From Licmophora abbreviata (taxonomy: Eukaryota): 33,102 nt of DNA. Made by a program: the position numbers and the translations under genes. The stretch is from the NCBI GenBank assembly GCA_900291995.1, contig OLMU01000535.1, positions 1 to 33,102 on the forward strand, read 5' to 3'. The notes under the pieces were generated by a model, which was not told the origin of the DNA, did no database searches, and saw nothing but the letters and a program-made list of their open reading frames with translations. Shown here piece after piece: positions 32,852-33,102 of this stretch. Numbering within the stretch: position 1 is the stretch's first letter; each line of letters opens with the position of its first letter.

Positions 32852-33102
32852 GTTAGCGCAGATCAGAGAATGCGGGCACTGTGCACAAGGCGTAAGTCAA
32901 CGCCAAGAACACGACAAGGGGACGGCGATCTCTATATGATACTATCGTACAGATTGTAGACTTGCACATCATGGTTTCGCGGTGGGAATGAATCTTTCAA
33001 GTTTTGGAATGTGACAAAAATCAAAAATACTTTCAAAAAAGTCACGAGTAGCTAGTAGCGCGCACTGCTCATATCATAGTCGCGACCATGATGAGGAGAG
33101 AA

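Noticed and set aside
1..33102. CRISPR arrays, transposons, rRNA, snRNA and selenoprotein readthrough
   Set aside because: By eye I found no spaced repeats, terminal repeats, transposase or RT motifs, RNA-gene signatures, or in-frame TGA within a conserved domain. A covariance-model search could still find small RNAs.

Overview
Gene-dense eukaryotic nuclear DNA, most likely from a diatom or related stramenopile. This inference rests on short GT-AG introns of 74-105 nt, bipartite signal-peptide plus ASAFAP-type plastid presequences, and an RxL/MSM-type secreted protein. I can support 14 protein-coding genes, four of which I spliced by hand. In order: a type I membrane protein with RxL and MSM motifs, a UBE2T-like E2, a DUF2256 protein, plastid release factor 1, a membrane-anchored GH30 glucosylceramidase-like enzyme, a GT77-like glycosyltransferase, class II fumarase, a 2H phosphoesterase, a PAO/Tic55-like Rieske oxygenase, a BRAP-like E3 ligase, a four-exon aquaporin-like protein the ORF track only shows in fragments, a C19orf12 homologue, a ~3,100-aa RME-8/DNAJC13 gene, and one hypothetical protein. 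The most notable observations are the aquaporin-fold protein lacking both NPA motifs, a ricin-B-like module inserted into the GH30 C-terminal domain, and two frame breaks in RME-8. One of those breaks coincides with an in-frame T_TTC_CCG heptamer, but sequencing error is the simpler explanation. Intergenic DNA shows recurrent GACTC/GAGTC clusters and CGCG + TTCAAA motifs. I found no rRNA, tRNA, CRISPR array or transposon, and no clear multi-gene novel system. All homology calls come from motif recognition, not database searches.
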